This document shows positions 20,533 to 29,989 of a stretch of DNA of 64,000 nucleotides, piece after piece. Both the position numbers and the translations under genes were made by a program. Source of the DNA: Xanthobacteraceae bacterium (GTDB taxonomy: Bacteria; Pseudomonadota; Alphaproteobacteria; Rhizobiales; Xanthobacteraceae); assembly GCA_035509535.1 (NCBI GenBank), contig DATJLN010000102.1, positions 2,420 to 66,419 on the forward strand, read 5' to 3'. How positions within the stretch are numbered: position 1 is the first letter of the stretch; every line of letters starts with the position of its first letter. The notes under the pieces are model-generated. The model saw only the letters and a list, made by a program, of their open reading frames with translations. It did not search any database and was not told the DNA's origin.

Positions 20533-21429
20533 TCAGGCGCGCGGCATCAGCCGCTTCACGGTCACGCTGTCGCCGATCTCGAACGACATCAGGTCCTCGC
20601 CGATCTCCAGCGGCCCGTCATAGGCTCTCCTCACCTCGTCCGTGATCTCGCGCAGCGTCGGCGGCGGCACCTCGATGCTCGCCAATTGCACGATGTGGGT
20701 GAAGGCGGCGAGTTTCGGTCTGGTCTGAGCGAATACGCGTCCGCAGTCGTAAGGCAGCGTATGATGGCCGACGATCCGCTGGATATAGGCCTCGTTCATC
20801 AGCTCAGGCCGCGCGAGCGCGACCTCGTGCACCAGCAGGTCGGCGTTCTTGCCGTATCTGATGACGTTTTCATTATAGCGCGTGTCGCTGGAGAACACCG
20901 CGGCGCGGCCGCCGAACTCGACACGGTAGCCGTAGCACGGCTTGATGACGTCGCCATGATCGACTTCGAAGGCGATCACTCTGACGCCGCTCTTCTCGTA
21001 GACCACGCCGTCGCGGTCGAACTCGCCGACCTCGCAGGCAATCCCGGACAGCGGCAGCTTCTCGTCCGCCAGCCGAATTTTGATATCGTCGGCATAGGCG
21101 CGCTCCAGGTTTTCCATCAGCCGTTTCGCTCCGGTCGGGCCGACGACCTTGTAGGGAGATTTCCGCGCCGCGAAATAAGAATCGAGCCACCCGGTGAGCC
21201 AGATATCCGCCAAACACGCGGTATGATCGGAGTGGTAGTGCGTGAGCAGTTGCAGGTCGATCCTGCCGATCGGAATCTTGAGCTGAAACAGCCGGATGGT
21301 GGCGCCGCGGCCGGCGTCGATGAGGATTTTCTGATCGCCGGCCTCGACCAGCGTGCAAGGTCCGAAGCGTTCCGGCAGCGGGATCGGCGTGCCGGTGCCG
21401 AGAAGCGTGACCCTGAAATCATTCGTCAT
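20533..21429 (-). CDS. MBL-fold metallo-hydrolase (RNase Z/BN-like subgroup)
   Basis: VTLLGTGTPIP ... LIDAGRG ... LLTHYHSDH (HxHxDH motif). Confidence 0.8.
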   Translation of the reverse strand: MTNDFRVTLLGTGTPIPLPERFGPCTLVEAGDQKILIDAGRGATIRLFQLKIPIGRIDLQLLTHYHSDHTACLADIWLTGWLDSYFAARKSPYKVVGPTGAKRLMENLERAYADDIKIRLADEKLPLSGIACEVGEFDRDGVVYEKSGVRVIAFEVDHGDVIKPCYGYRVEFGGRAAVFSSDTRYNENVIRYGKNADLLVHEVALARPELMNEAYIQRIVGHHTLPYDCGRVFAQTRPKLAAFTHIVQLASIEVPPPTLREITDEVRRAYDGPLEIGEDLMSFEIGDSVTVKRLMPRA

Positions 21430-21556
21430 GCTGAATGCTATTGCCTCTGTGGCGACTTGTTGGTGGCGACCGCTTGGGCGACATGCCCGAGCGTGCCGCC
21501 AACTTCGCAGCTCGGCGGTGCGCTCGTCGGAATTGCCGTGATCTGAAGCCGGCCGC

Positions 21557-22528
21557 CTATTCCAAGGTGATCCTGGCCTCTTTGATGATGCGCTTCCAGG
21601 ATTCGGCGTCGTCCAGGATCTTCTTGCCGAATTCCTCCGGCGTCCCCCCCACCGGCTCGCTCTGCAACGTCGCGAGCCCTTTGCGGACCTCGGGGGTGAG
21701 GAGCGCCGCGTTCAGCGCATGATTGAGCTTGCCGATCGTGGCAGCGGGCGTTCCCGCCTTCGCGACCAAGCCGACCCATGAGCCCACCGACATATTGGGA
21801 AAGCCTTCTTCGGCAAAGGTCGGAACGTCGGGAAGAGCCGGCAGCCGCTTCGGACTCGTGACCGCGAGCGCGCGCAGCTTGCCGCTTTGCACTTGCGGTA
21901 CGGCGACTGCGGCGCCCATCACCATGAAGTCGACACGGCCGGCGATGACGTCCTGCACGGCCTGGCCGAACTGGGAATAAGGCACGTGAATCGCCGCGGT
22001 CTGCGTCTTGTCCATCAGAAGTTCGGCAACCAGATGCGCCGGCGTGCCGTAGCCCGCGGAGGCGAAGTTCATTTTGCCGGGCCTGGCTTTGAGCGCGGCG
22101 ATCAGTCCGGCAACCGATTTGGCCGGTGAGGCGTTGCCGACGACAAGGACGTTATAGTCCCAGTTGATCTGACCGATGGGCGCGATGTCCTTGGCGAGAT
22201 CGACATGGACGGTCGGATACAAGGACAAGATCCAAGCGGTCGGCGCCGGCAGCGCGAGCAACAATGACCCGTCGGCGTTCTGATTCACAAGATCCTGCAG
22301 AGCGATGGTGCCCGATGCGCCGGGCCGGTTCTCGACCACGACCGGCCGGCCGAGCAGAGTTTGCAAGGGCGCAGTGAGCGTTCGGGTCTCGATATCGGGC
22401 GGCGAGCCCGCGCCGAACCCGACAGCGATGCGGACCGGCGACACCTGATTGTCCGCCGCACGGCCAAGGCCGCAGGCGAGACAAAGGTAGACCAGCACTC
22501 CGACGACGAGACGCAGTGGTCCTTTCAT
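21557..22528 (-). CDS. Tripartite tricarboxylate transporter substrate-binding protein (Bug/TctC family)
   Basis: ORF 21557..23059 is over-extended. The ATG at 22528 is preceded by AGGGGGGAAG and gives the signal peptide MKGPLRLVVGVLVYLCLACGLGRA. Typical Bug features are present: VVVENRPGASGTIA, FASAGYGTPAHL. An ATGA overlap links it to the upstream gene. Confidence 0.85.
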   Translation of the reverse strand: MKGPLRLVVGVLVYLCLACGLGRAADNQVSPVRIAVGFGAGSPPDIETRTLTAPLQTLLGRPVVVENRPGASGTIALQDLVNQNADGSLLLALPAPTAWILSLYPTVHVDLAKDIAPIGQINWDYNVLVVGNASPAKSVAGLIAALKARPGKMNFASAGYGTPAHLVAELLMDKTQTAAIHVPYSQFGQAVQDVIAGRVDFMVMGAAVAVPQVQSGKLRALAVTSPKRLPALPDVPTFAEEGFPNMSVGSWVGLVAKAGTPAATIGKLNHALNAALLTPEVRKGLATLQSEPVGGTPEEFGKKILDDAESWKRIIKEARITLE

Positions 22529-23604
22529 GTCTTCCCCCCTGCTCTTGCTTCGGCGCCGGCGACGAGTGCGGCATGCAGCGCCAGCAAGGCCTGCACGCGG
22601 GAAGGATCGCGGCGTCCAAATCCGCATTCGGTGGCGATGCCGAAGTCCGCGATGTGCCGCTGTGCAGCGGCCATCCGCGCCAGCGTGCCGGGCAACCCGT
22701 CGGCGTCGTGGATGAGACCGAGATAGAGACGGCAATCCGGCTGCAATCGCAATTCGTCGAGCGGGGCGAAATAGGCGTCGTCCGACCGCTCGACCGGTAC
22801 CGGCATGTGATACCAGCCGACCGGCCTGTTCATGCCCCGCGAGATTGCGTTGGCGAGCCGCACCATGGCGCCCATGTCCTTGGGCTCGACGAAATGCTTG
22901 CCGCCGAAGCTGCCGTAACAGAAGTGGTAACCCAGTTCGACGCCGGCCGGCACCTGCTGGCCGATCCGGATCAGCCGGCTTTCGATTCCGGGCTGCGTAT
23001 CGGAGAACCAGGCCGGGCGCGCCCCGTCGTAGGCCTGCATGTCGTGCGCGCAGTCCCATTGGATCGAAAGCTCGTCATGCGGAACGGCCGCTGCGATCCG
23101 CTCGACTTCGGCAAGCAGCGCCGATTCATAGGCGGGCTCCAGCGCGGCACGCTGATCCGGCGCGAAGTGAAAATTGATCAAGTTAAACGGCGACGGGATC
23201 GCCACCATGAAGCGTATCCCGGCGCCGATCACGCCCTTGGATTTGAGCGCGGCAAATTCCCGATAGGAGGCAATGGCGTTGCGGGCGTAACCGATGTCGC
23301 CCAAATGCAGCGCGCGAGCGTCGGCATTCTCCCGCAGGCGAAACCAGGTCTGTTGCTTCCACTGGTCGGGCGCCGTCGGATTGCGCCAGTCGCCTTGCGA
23401 CGGCACGCTCTGAAGCATCGGATTGGCGGCAAGGATCGGGGCCTGCCATTCCATCCAGCCCAGGCGGTTGCCGGTCTCGCCGTCCGGAATCCGGCGCACC
23501 GCGTCGGCGAAGGTTTGCCCGATCGTCTTGAAGACGGTGGAGGCGTCGGACAATGCGATACTGCCGACGAAAAACACTTCGCGCCCTTGTGGACGAGCAC
23601 TCAT
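22525..23604 (-). CDS. Uncharacterised UROD/MetE-like (cobalamin-independent methionine synthase-like) superfamily protein
   Basis: 359 aa with normal composition. YHFCYG and ATECGFG resemble the H-x-C and C zinc-ligand motifs. Compare HICYGYG and TNCGMAP in the MetE-like gene at 62435..63472. This is a distant similarity judged by eye. Confidence 0.5.
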   Translation of the reverse strand: MSARPQGREVFFVGSIALSDASTVFKTIGQTFADAVRRIPDGETGNRLGWMEWQAPILAANPMLQSVPSQGDWRNPTAPDQWKQQTWFRLRENADARALHLGDIGYARNAIASYREFAALKSKGVIGAGIRFMVAIPSPFNLINFHFAPDQRAALEPAYESALLAEVERIAAAVPHDELSIQWDCAHDMQAYDGARPAWFSDTQPGIESRLIRIGQQVPAGVELGYHFCYGSFGGKHFVEPKDMGAMVRLANAISRGMNRPVGWYHMPVPVERSDDAYFAPLDELRLQPDCRLYLGLIHDADGLPGTLARMAAAQRHIADFGIATECGFGRRDPSRVQALLALHAALVAGAEARAGGKT

Positions 23605-23727
23605 GGCGTCTCCCCGCCGACCGCCCTTCGATTTTTCGAAGTGACATCACCGGGGTAGCACTCAAAGCCGCAGATCGCGATTAGAATAGCCCGCCGTGCC
23701 ACCAGGTGGTACGCAAGGGAGGCGGCA

Positions 23728-24624
23728 ATGATGCCAGCGGTCAAGGAAATCCGCGTTCTCGCGCGCGGTGTGAAGGTCCTGGAAACGTTGTGCCGGCTGG
23801 GCGCATGCAGCCTCGCCGAGCTTCATCGCGAAACGGCCTTGCCGAAGTCGACGCTGCGCCGCATTCTTTTTACGTTCGAACAGGCGAATTTCCTGCACTG
23901 CAGCCTCGGCGACGGGCTCTATCGCGCGAATATTCAGGTGCCGGCATTCTTTTCCCCGGCCGACGCCAGTCCATTCATCGGACGGGTCGTCGCGGCGGCC
24001 AAGCCGGTGCTGGCCGAACTTTCAGCGAAGGCGTCGTGGCCGACGGATCTCATGGTGCGGGACGGTCCGCAGCTGCGCATTGTCGAGACCAACCGCGCGT
24101 TATCGCCGTTCCCGGTCAATCAGCTCGAGATCGGGGACAACGTCGATATGCTCAGCTCGGCCGTCGGACGCGCTTATCTCGCATTCTGCCCACAGGCCGA
24201 GCGCGCGGAGATCGTCAGCCAGATGCGTCGGCTCCACGGCGATGCGGCGCTGGCGGCCTTGCCGCGCATCCTCGATGAGACCCACGAACGCGGCTATGCC
24301 GTGCGCGCCCCGACTTGCACCGGAGGCACGAAACGGCATCCGACCCTGATCGACAATTTCCATGCGATCGCGGTGCCGGTCGTGCTGGACGAACAAGTCC
24401 TCTGCTGCATCAACCTGCTGTGGCGGCCTTCGGCCCTGTCCGGCACCGGCGTCGGCTACAAGCTCCGCATGGCGGGATTGCTCGGGCAATGTGCGGCGCG
24501 AATCGCGGACAATTATCGGACATGCTGTCCGGCGCCCGCGCCTCAGGATCTTCTGGTCGCGCCGGACGAAGACATGAACCGGCGCACACTGAAACCGAAT
24601 GCCCCGCCGCCGCGGCTGGCATGA
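23728..24624 (+). CDS. IclR family transcriptional regulator
   Basis: VKVLETLCRLGACSLAELHRETALPKSTLRRILFTFEQANFL is an IclR-type HTH. The C-terminal effector-domain length is appropriate. Confidence 0.85.
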   Translation: MMPAVKEIRVLARGVKVLETLCRLGACSLAELHRETALPKSTLRRILFTFEQANFLHCSLGDGLYRANIQVPAFFSPADASPFIGRVVAAAKPVLAELSAKASWPTDLMVRDGPQLRIVETNRALSPFPVNQLEIGDNVDMLSSAVGRAYLAFCPQAERAEIVSQMRRLHGDAALAALPRILDETHERGYAVRAPTCTGGTKRHPTLIDNFHAIAVPVVLDEQVLCCINLLWRPSALSGTGVGYKLRMAGLLGQCAARIADNYRTCCPAPAPQDLLVAPDEDMNRRTLKPNAPPPRLA

Positions 24625-24765
24625 CGGCCGCGGCACGCAACGAGGGGCGTCCGCCGCTACTTGACGATGCCGAGATCGACCGGTGCGCCGCGGGCATCGG
24701 CATCGGCGGGAGAAAGGACCGGATCTTTCCGGTTTTCGACGAGCGAACGCAGCGCAGCGGGCTTG

Positions 24766-25029
24766 TCAGCTTTTGAGCTGCACGTAGCCGTGATCCCGCA
24801 TGCAGCTGACGAAACGATCGACCGTGCTCCGACTGGAGCCGCTCTTGTCGGCGGTGCCGCCGAGCGGCCCATCGAGGCTCTGCATTTCGTCCTTGCAGTC
24901 GACGGTGGCGATATCCAGCAATCCGGAAACGACCGGCTGGCCGTCGGCGCGCGTCCACGCCGTCGGCAATTCCGGTTGTCTGGCACAACCGCCGAGCATC
25001 AAGATCGAAACGAGAAAAAGCACACGCAT
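24766..25029 (-). CDS. Hypothetical lipoprotein
   Basis: ORF 24766..25167. The ATG at 25029 gives MRVLFLVSILMLGGC with the lipobox L-G-G-C. Confidence 0.6.
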   Translation of the reverse strand: MRVLFLVSILMLGGCARQPELPTAWTRADGQPVVSGLLDIATVDCKDEMQSLDGPLGGTADKSGSSRSTVDRFVSCMRDHGYVQLKS

Positions 25030-25230
25030 GACGCCGGCGCTCTGACGCGGTTTCCGCGAAAGTAGCGGCAAAAATCCTAATATCTCGTGTCGACCGCGCG
25101 GCGCGAGCTGCCGCCCCGTGGTGAGTACGCGCGGGTATTCATGCTGCTTTGCGAAAAGCCCGAACACGGGAGGTGATCAAAAGCCGCGCCTGCATTTGGG
25201 AACTCTTCATGAGGCTTCCATGTTCAGACA

Positions 25231-25440
25231 ATGAAGCAATTTTGTTTGGCATCTTCGGTCATGAGAACCCAACATGCGGTCTTTTGGCTGGCATCAGTCC
25301 TCGCAGCGCTCATCATGCTGTGGGTCGCATGGGATTTTCTGTACGGATTCGGGCAGAGATTTCCCGTGATAAATATCCCCGGCTTGGTATTGGCGGCGGC
25401 GATCTGGTCTGTCGGCTGGCTGTGCCGCCTCGCAGTTTGA
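25231..25440 (+). CDS. Hypothetical small membrane protein
   Basis: 69 aa with two hydrophobic helices. It ends exactly where the convergent methyltransferase-like gene ends. Support is weak. Confidence 0.3.
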   Translation: MKQFCLASSVMRTQHAVFWLASVLAALIMLWVAWDFLYGFGQRFPVINIPGLVLAAAIWSVGWLCRLAV

Positions 25441-26361
25441 TCACACGGCCACGAAGGGGCCGGGATGCGGCGGGTGCCCGCTTCGCAGCAGGGGAAAGAA
25501 ATAGCGCGGCGGCTCATAGTGTTCTTCCGCCGTCGGCGGATCGAGGAAAAGATCGGCGGCGCTGTCGTTGCGCACAAAGAACGCGTTCGACCCGGCAAAA
25601 TTGCAGCCGACGATCCGGTATCCCTTGCTGCGGCCGAGCCGCACCAGCGCCTCGAGGCTGGCGCCGAAATAGCTGGTGCCGTCCCACCGCCGTTGCGCCT
25701 CGTAGGGAACGACCAGCGACAGCGGCGGGCGCAAGGTCGCATTGTATTCGATGACGACGACGCGCGGCTGCACCACGTCGATCGCCTGCCAGACCCAATA
25801 ATCGTTGTAGTCGATATCGACGCACAAGAGATCGATCTCGCCGCCAAGGCCGGCTTGCGCGATCAGGCCGTTGATGTTTTCCGCGGTAATGAAGGCGTGA
25901 TTGGCCACCAGATAACGGTTGGCGACAAAGCTCTGAAAATGCGAGCGGATCTGCGCGATGAATTCCTCGCCGCCATCGAGCCACAGCCCGCGCCAGCCTT
26001 CCACCAGAAGCTTCACCGAATTGCATTCAATGCCGCTTTCCACCCCGAACTCGATGAAGATGCGGTTCTTCACGCCGATCCGCTTGAAGATCTCGGCGAT
26101 GATTCCGTCCTCGTCGCACTGCGAATAGATCTTGTAGCCGTAACGCAGGAGCCGTTTGGGATCGGCATTGCGCGGCTTCGCCAGTTCGTCGGTCCAGAAG
26201 CGCAGCAACTCGATCTGCGCCAGCTGGTCGAGCCGCGCGCCGCTGTACTTCTGCACTTGGAGTTGCTGCGCGAATGTTTCCGGTTCGAACATCTCACCAG
26301 CAGCGTCGCGAGGAGGATTTTCGGCGTCCCGCACGCTAATGGAACGAGTTGAGTCGAGCAA
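25441..26361 (-). CDS. FkbM-like / class I SAM-dependent methyltransferase-like protein
   Basis: 306 aa. YSQCDEDGIIAEIFKRIGVKNRIFIEFGVESGIECNSVKLLVEGWRGLWLDG matches a pattern I associate with FkbM-type methyltransferases in polysaccharide loci. This is from memory only. Confidence 0.5.
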   Translation of the reverse strand: MLDSTRSISVRDAENPPRDAAGEMFEPETFAQQLQVQKYSGARLDQLAQIELLRFWTDELAKPRNADPKRLLRYGYKIYSQCDEDGIIAEIFKRIGVKNRIFIEFGVESGIECNSVKLLVEGWRGLWLDGGEEFIAQIRSHFQSFVANRYLVANHAFITAENINGLIAQAGLGGEIDLLCVDIDYNDYWVWQAIDVVQPRVVVIEYNATLRPPLSLVVPYEAQRRWDGTSYFGASLEALVRLGRSKGYRIVGCNFAGSNAFFVRNDSAADLFLDPPTAEEHYEPPRYFFPLLRSGHPPHPGPFVAV

Positions 26362-26455
26362 ACGAACATGTCTGTGGACTTGCAGTCCGGATCGTGGTGA
26401 CGTTCGCGCCGATCCGCCACTGATGGCATGACGTGGCCTGAAACGGGTTGCAACG

Positions 26456-26785
26456 ATGTCGCGTAAATTCTGGATCTCGACTGCAATCGCCCTGTCGCTG
26501 CTGCCGGCCCTCGCCGCCGCCGCGCCGCGCCACGCGCGGCACGTTTATCACTGGCACGGCTACGGCTTCCTGCCCGGCTATCATCAGCCGCCCAACAACA
26601 GCATTCCGGTTTATTCGCACAAGCCCTGGGGCGACGGCGCGCCGGATTACACGCCGAGCTACTGGTACGACGGCGGCTGGTACTATTTCGGCAATCCGGG
26701 CTTCTTCCACGGCCGCTATAACGGCGGCAGCTTCGGCCCGTGCTGGACCTCGACCCCGATCGGGCTGATGTGGAATTGCGGCTAG
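26456..26785 (+). CDS. Hypothetical exported aromatic/Gly-rich protein
   Basis: 109 aa. Signal peptide MSRKFWISTAIALSLLPALAAAAP. The mature part is rich in Y/W/G/H/P (YWYDGGWYYFGNPGFFHGRYNGG). Confidence 0.6.
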   Translation: MSRKFWISTAIALSLLPALAAAAPRHARHVYHWHGYGFLPGYHQPPNNSIPVYSHKPWGDGAPDYTPSYWYDGGWYYFGNPGFFHGRYNGGSFGPCWTSTPIGLMWNCG

Positions 26786-27022
26786 CGCTGCGCAGGTCGG
26801 GCCGCGGTGTGTCTTGCCGGCAACGGTTCCGGAAAAACCGACATCAGTGCGCTTTGAGCGCCACTTTTGTCCCATTCGTTCCGTCTAACGTCGCACGGTG
26901 AACCGCCGGGCTCGTCACGTCGCGATCGACTACACGGCTTGGCACGTGCTTAATGATGCTCGATCAACAAGTCGGCTCTTCCGGTCTGCTTGGATTGATG
27001 CCAGCCGAAAGTAAGGAATCAT

Positions 27023-27550
27023 ATGATGCGTATCAGACTTGCCGCCTGCGCCGCCTTTGCCGCCGCGCTATTCGGCATGGGACTAGCTGCGACCACCCCC
27101 GCCCGCGCCGATACTCAAGTGGGCCTCCTGAGCTGCCGGAGCGCCAACGCGACAAGCTATCTCGTTGTATCGAATCAGCCCTTCACCTGCGTGTTCACGC
27201 CGACCGTCGGCGGTCCGGTTCAATTTTATCAGGCCGACATTCGCCGTTTCGGCGCCCAGGCCGGCTTCAGCAATAACACTGCCTTGGAATGGGCGGTGTT
27301 CGCGCCGAGCATCGGCGTGGGCCCCGGCGCGCTCGCCGGCACCTATGGCGGATTTTCCGCCGGAGCAGCCTTCGGCATCGGCGTTGGCGCCAACGGCCTC
27401 GTCGGCGGCAGCAACAATTCGTTCGCTCTGCAACCGCTCAGCTTCGAGGGCCAAGGCGGCGCGCTGAACGTGGTCGCGACCGCGACCGAAGTTGATCTGC
27501 AAGCCGTGGTGCCCGCGCACCATCACTGGCATCACCGCCATCACCACTAA
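27023..27550 (+). CDS. DUF992 family exported protein with C-terminal His-rich tail
   Basis: Signal peptide, then VGLLSCRS......VVSNQPFTCVFTP......YQADIRRFG typical of DUF992. It ends in HHHWHHRHHH. Confidence 0.75.
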   Translation: MMRIRLAACAAFAAALFGMGLAATTPARADTQVGLLSCRSANATSYLVVSNQPFTCVFTPTVGGPVQFYQADIRRFGAQAGFSNNTALEWAVFAPSIGVGPGALAGTYGGFSAGAAFGIGVGANGLVGGSNNSFALQPLSFEGQGGALNVVATATEVDLQAVVPAHHHWHHRHHH

Positions 27551-27597
27551 GCTGGATCTGAACCAGCACCTGAACCATCATCTCGCGCTTCTGCGCC

Positions 27598-27630
27598 GGC
27601 GCGCATCCTGGATGCGCGCCGTTTTTTTTT
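27598..27630 (+). terminator. Intrinsic terminator after the DUF992 gene
   Basis: ggcgcgcat-cctgg-atgcgcgcc stem-loop followed by g + T9. Confidence 0.85.
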
Positions 27631-27876
27631 GGCGCGCGCAACCTGAAGCGACATTTCCGATATCGGAATGTCCTGATACCGCGTCGTCGCGCCGACGATT
27701 ATCCGGCCATTAAGGTTACCTCCGCTGATTTTGCGTGATGGCGCAAAAGCGCAACGGCGAAACGCCCCTCCCGCCCCGGCCATTAAGATACGATTCAAAG
27801 GCGTCGCGTTATCGCTGATAAGCGGGGCGACGACGTGCTGACCCGCGATCCGGTGTAGCGTATTTCGGATAGCCCC

Positions 27877-29412
27877 GTGGCCAATGCTTTGCTCGCGCGG
27901 ACGAACCGCGATGCGGATCGTTCTCCCGATTTCAAGATTCCGGTCAAAGCGCTTCTGACTCTGTGCAACGCCGCCTTCAGGCGCCATGGAGCCGGAGAGT
28001 TCGCGCAAGCGATCCGCATCTACGAGCAGATCCTCGCGATCAGGCCGGACCTTTCGGACATCCACAACAACCTTGGTCATGCGCTCGCCGCGCTCGGCCG
28101 GCCGGCGGCGGCCGTCACGGCATTTGCGCACGCCATCGAACTGAGACCTTCCTACCCGGAGGCGCTGTGCAACTGGGGCCTCGCGCTGGCCGAACTCGAC
28201 CGGCTCGATGAGGCCGAAGCCAAATATCGCCAGGCGATCGAGGTCGCTCCGCGCTTTGCCGGCGCCTACAACAATCTCGGGCTGCTGCTGAAGGCGACGG
28301 GGCGGCTCACCGAAGCCAAACGCGCATTCAAACAGGCGATTGCGCTCGCCCCGAATGACTTCTCCATTTATCACAATCTGGCCGCGGTCAGGCCGTTCAG
28401 CGCCGGCGACCGTTATCTCACCGCGCTCGAGGCCGCCGCGGCAGATCCCTCGATGCTCCCGGCCACCGACCAGATGCATCTGCATTTCACGCTGGCCAAG
28501 GCCAACGACGACCTCGACCGGTCCGAATACGCCTTTGCTCATCTCATGAAAGCCAACTGGCTCAAGCGCCGGCAGATCGCCTATGACGAAGCTGACACGC
28601 TCGGCCGGATGAACCGCCTGCGCGAGCTGGTCAGCCATGACTTCATTCGTGCGCGCCAGGGCTGCGGCGAGCGGTCGGCGGTGCCTGTCTTCATCGTCGG
28701 CATGACCCGGTCCGGCACGACGCTGATCGAGCAGATCCTGGCCAGCCACCCGCACGTCTTCGGCGCCGGCGAGCATCCGCTGCTGGATCAGGTCACGGGA
28801 TCGATACAAAAGCTCCTGCCCGGCGCGCCGACCTTTCCCGACATGATGCTGCACATGTCGGGCGCCGACTTTTGTGCGCTCGGCTCCCTCTACCTCGACA
28901 GCCTCATGGAGCGTTCGGCCACGGCGCTGCGCATCACCGACAAGATGACGCTCAACTTCCTCTTTGTCGGCCTCATTCACCTGGCGCTGCCCGATGCCGC
29001 GATCATTCACGCCGTCCGCGATCCCGCCGACACCTGCCTCTCGTCGTTTTCGACGCATTTCAGCAACGGCAACGAGCACACTTACGACCTCGCCGAGCTC
29101 GGCCGTTATTATCGGCATTACCGGCAATTGATGGCGCATTGGCACGACGTGCTGCCGCCGGGGCGGATCCTCGACGTGCATTACGAGGACGTGGTCGCCG
29201 ATGTGGAGAAGGCGGCGCGGCGCATCATCAGCCATTGCGGCCTCGACTGGGACCCGCGTTGCCTCGACTTTCATCTCACCGAGCGGACGGTCAAAACCGC
29301 GAGCGCGGCGCAGGTGCGCAAGCCGATCTACAAGAACTCGATCGCGCGCTGGCGCAAATACGAAGCCTTCATCGGACCGCTGCTCGCCGAGCTCGCACCG
29401 ATCGCCGAATAG
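27877..29412 (+). CDS. TPR-repeat protein fused to a sulfotransferase domain
   Basis: 511 aa. N-terminal TPR units (AIRIYEQILAIRPD..., AFAHAIELRPSYPEAL..., KYRQAIEVAPRFAGAY...). The C-terminal VFIVGMTRSGTTLIEQIL is a PAPS 5-prime-phosphosulfate-binding-loop-like motif. Confidence 0.8.
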   Translation: MANALLARTNRDADRSPDFKIPVKALLTLCNAAFRRHGAGEFAQAIRIYEQILAIRPDLSDIHNNLGHALAALGRPAAAVTAFAHAIELRPSYPEALCNWGLALAELDRLDEAEAKYRQAIEVAPRFAGAYNNLGLLLKATGRLTEAKRAFKQAIALAPNDFSIYHNLAAVRPFSAGDRYLTALEAAAADPSMLPATDQMHLHFTLAKANDDLDRSEYAFAHLMKANWLKRRQIAYDEADTLGRMNRLRELVSHDFIRARQGCGERSAVPVFIVGMTRSGTTLIEQILASHPHVFGAGEHPLLDQVTGSIQKLLPGAPTFPDMMLHMSGADFCALGSLYLDSLMERSATALRITDKMTLNFLFVGLIHLALPDAAIIHAVRDPADTCLSSFSTHFSNGNEHTYDLAELGRYYRHYRQLMAHWHDVLPPGRILDVHYEDVVADVEKAARRIISHCGLDWDPRCLDFHLTERTVKTASAAQVRKPIYKNSIARWRKYEAFIGPLLAELAPIAE

Positions 29413-29446
29413 GCGCAGGCGCGTCGCAGGACGCGGCCGGCGCCGG

Positions 29447-29965
29447 TCACTCCTTGCGATACGCCGCCTTCGGATCGAACACGCGCTCGCCGCGGAATTC
29501 GAGCCTGGTCACGCCCGGCTTGCCAAGCGGCACGGCGCGATAGAAGCACGAGCGGCGGCCGGTATGGCAGGCGGCGACCGCCTGCTCGACCTTGATCCAC
29601 ACGGCATCCTGATCGCAATCGACCCGCATCTCGACGACGCGTTGCACGTGTCCGGATGTTTCGCCCTTCTTCCACAGCACGCGGCGCGAGCGGCTGAAGT
29701 ACCACGCCTCGCCGGTCGCGATGGTCTTGGCCAAGGCCTCAGCATTCATATGCGCGACCATGAGCACATCGCCGCCGGCCGCATCGGTTGCGACGCAGGT
29801 GACGAGACCGTCGGCGTCGAATTTCGGCGTCAGCGCCGATCCCTCTTCGAGATCGGCCTCCGTTCCGGGCGGCGCAAATGGTGACGTATCGGACAAGGCG
29901 GCCTCATGCTGGGCGTCCGCCGCGCCGCAAAGCAGGTCTGCAGCGAACGCGGTCGTCTCGCACAT
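29447..29965 (-). CDS. hisI: Phosphoribosyl-AMP cyclohydrolase
   Basis: [59 protein letters not shown]......[12 protein letters not shown] is a canonical HisI core. The N-terminal extension makes the start uncertain. Confidence 0.85.
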   Translation of the reverse strand: MCETTAFAADLLCGAADAQHEAALSDTSPFAPPGTEADLEEGSALTPKFDADGLVTCVATDAAGGDVLMVAHMNAEALAKTIATGEAWYFSRSRRVLWKKGETSGHVQRVVEMRVDCDQDAVWIKVEQAVAACHTGRRSCFYRAVPLGKPGVTRLEFRGERVFDPKAAYRKE

Positions 29966-29989
29966 TGTCCGGCCGATGTCGAGACAAGC

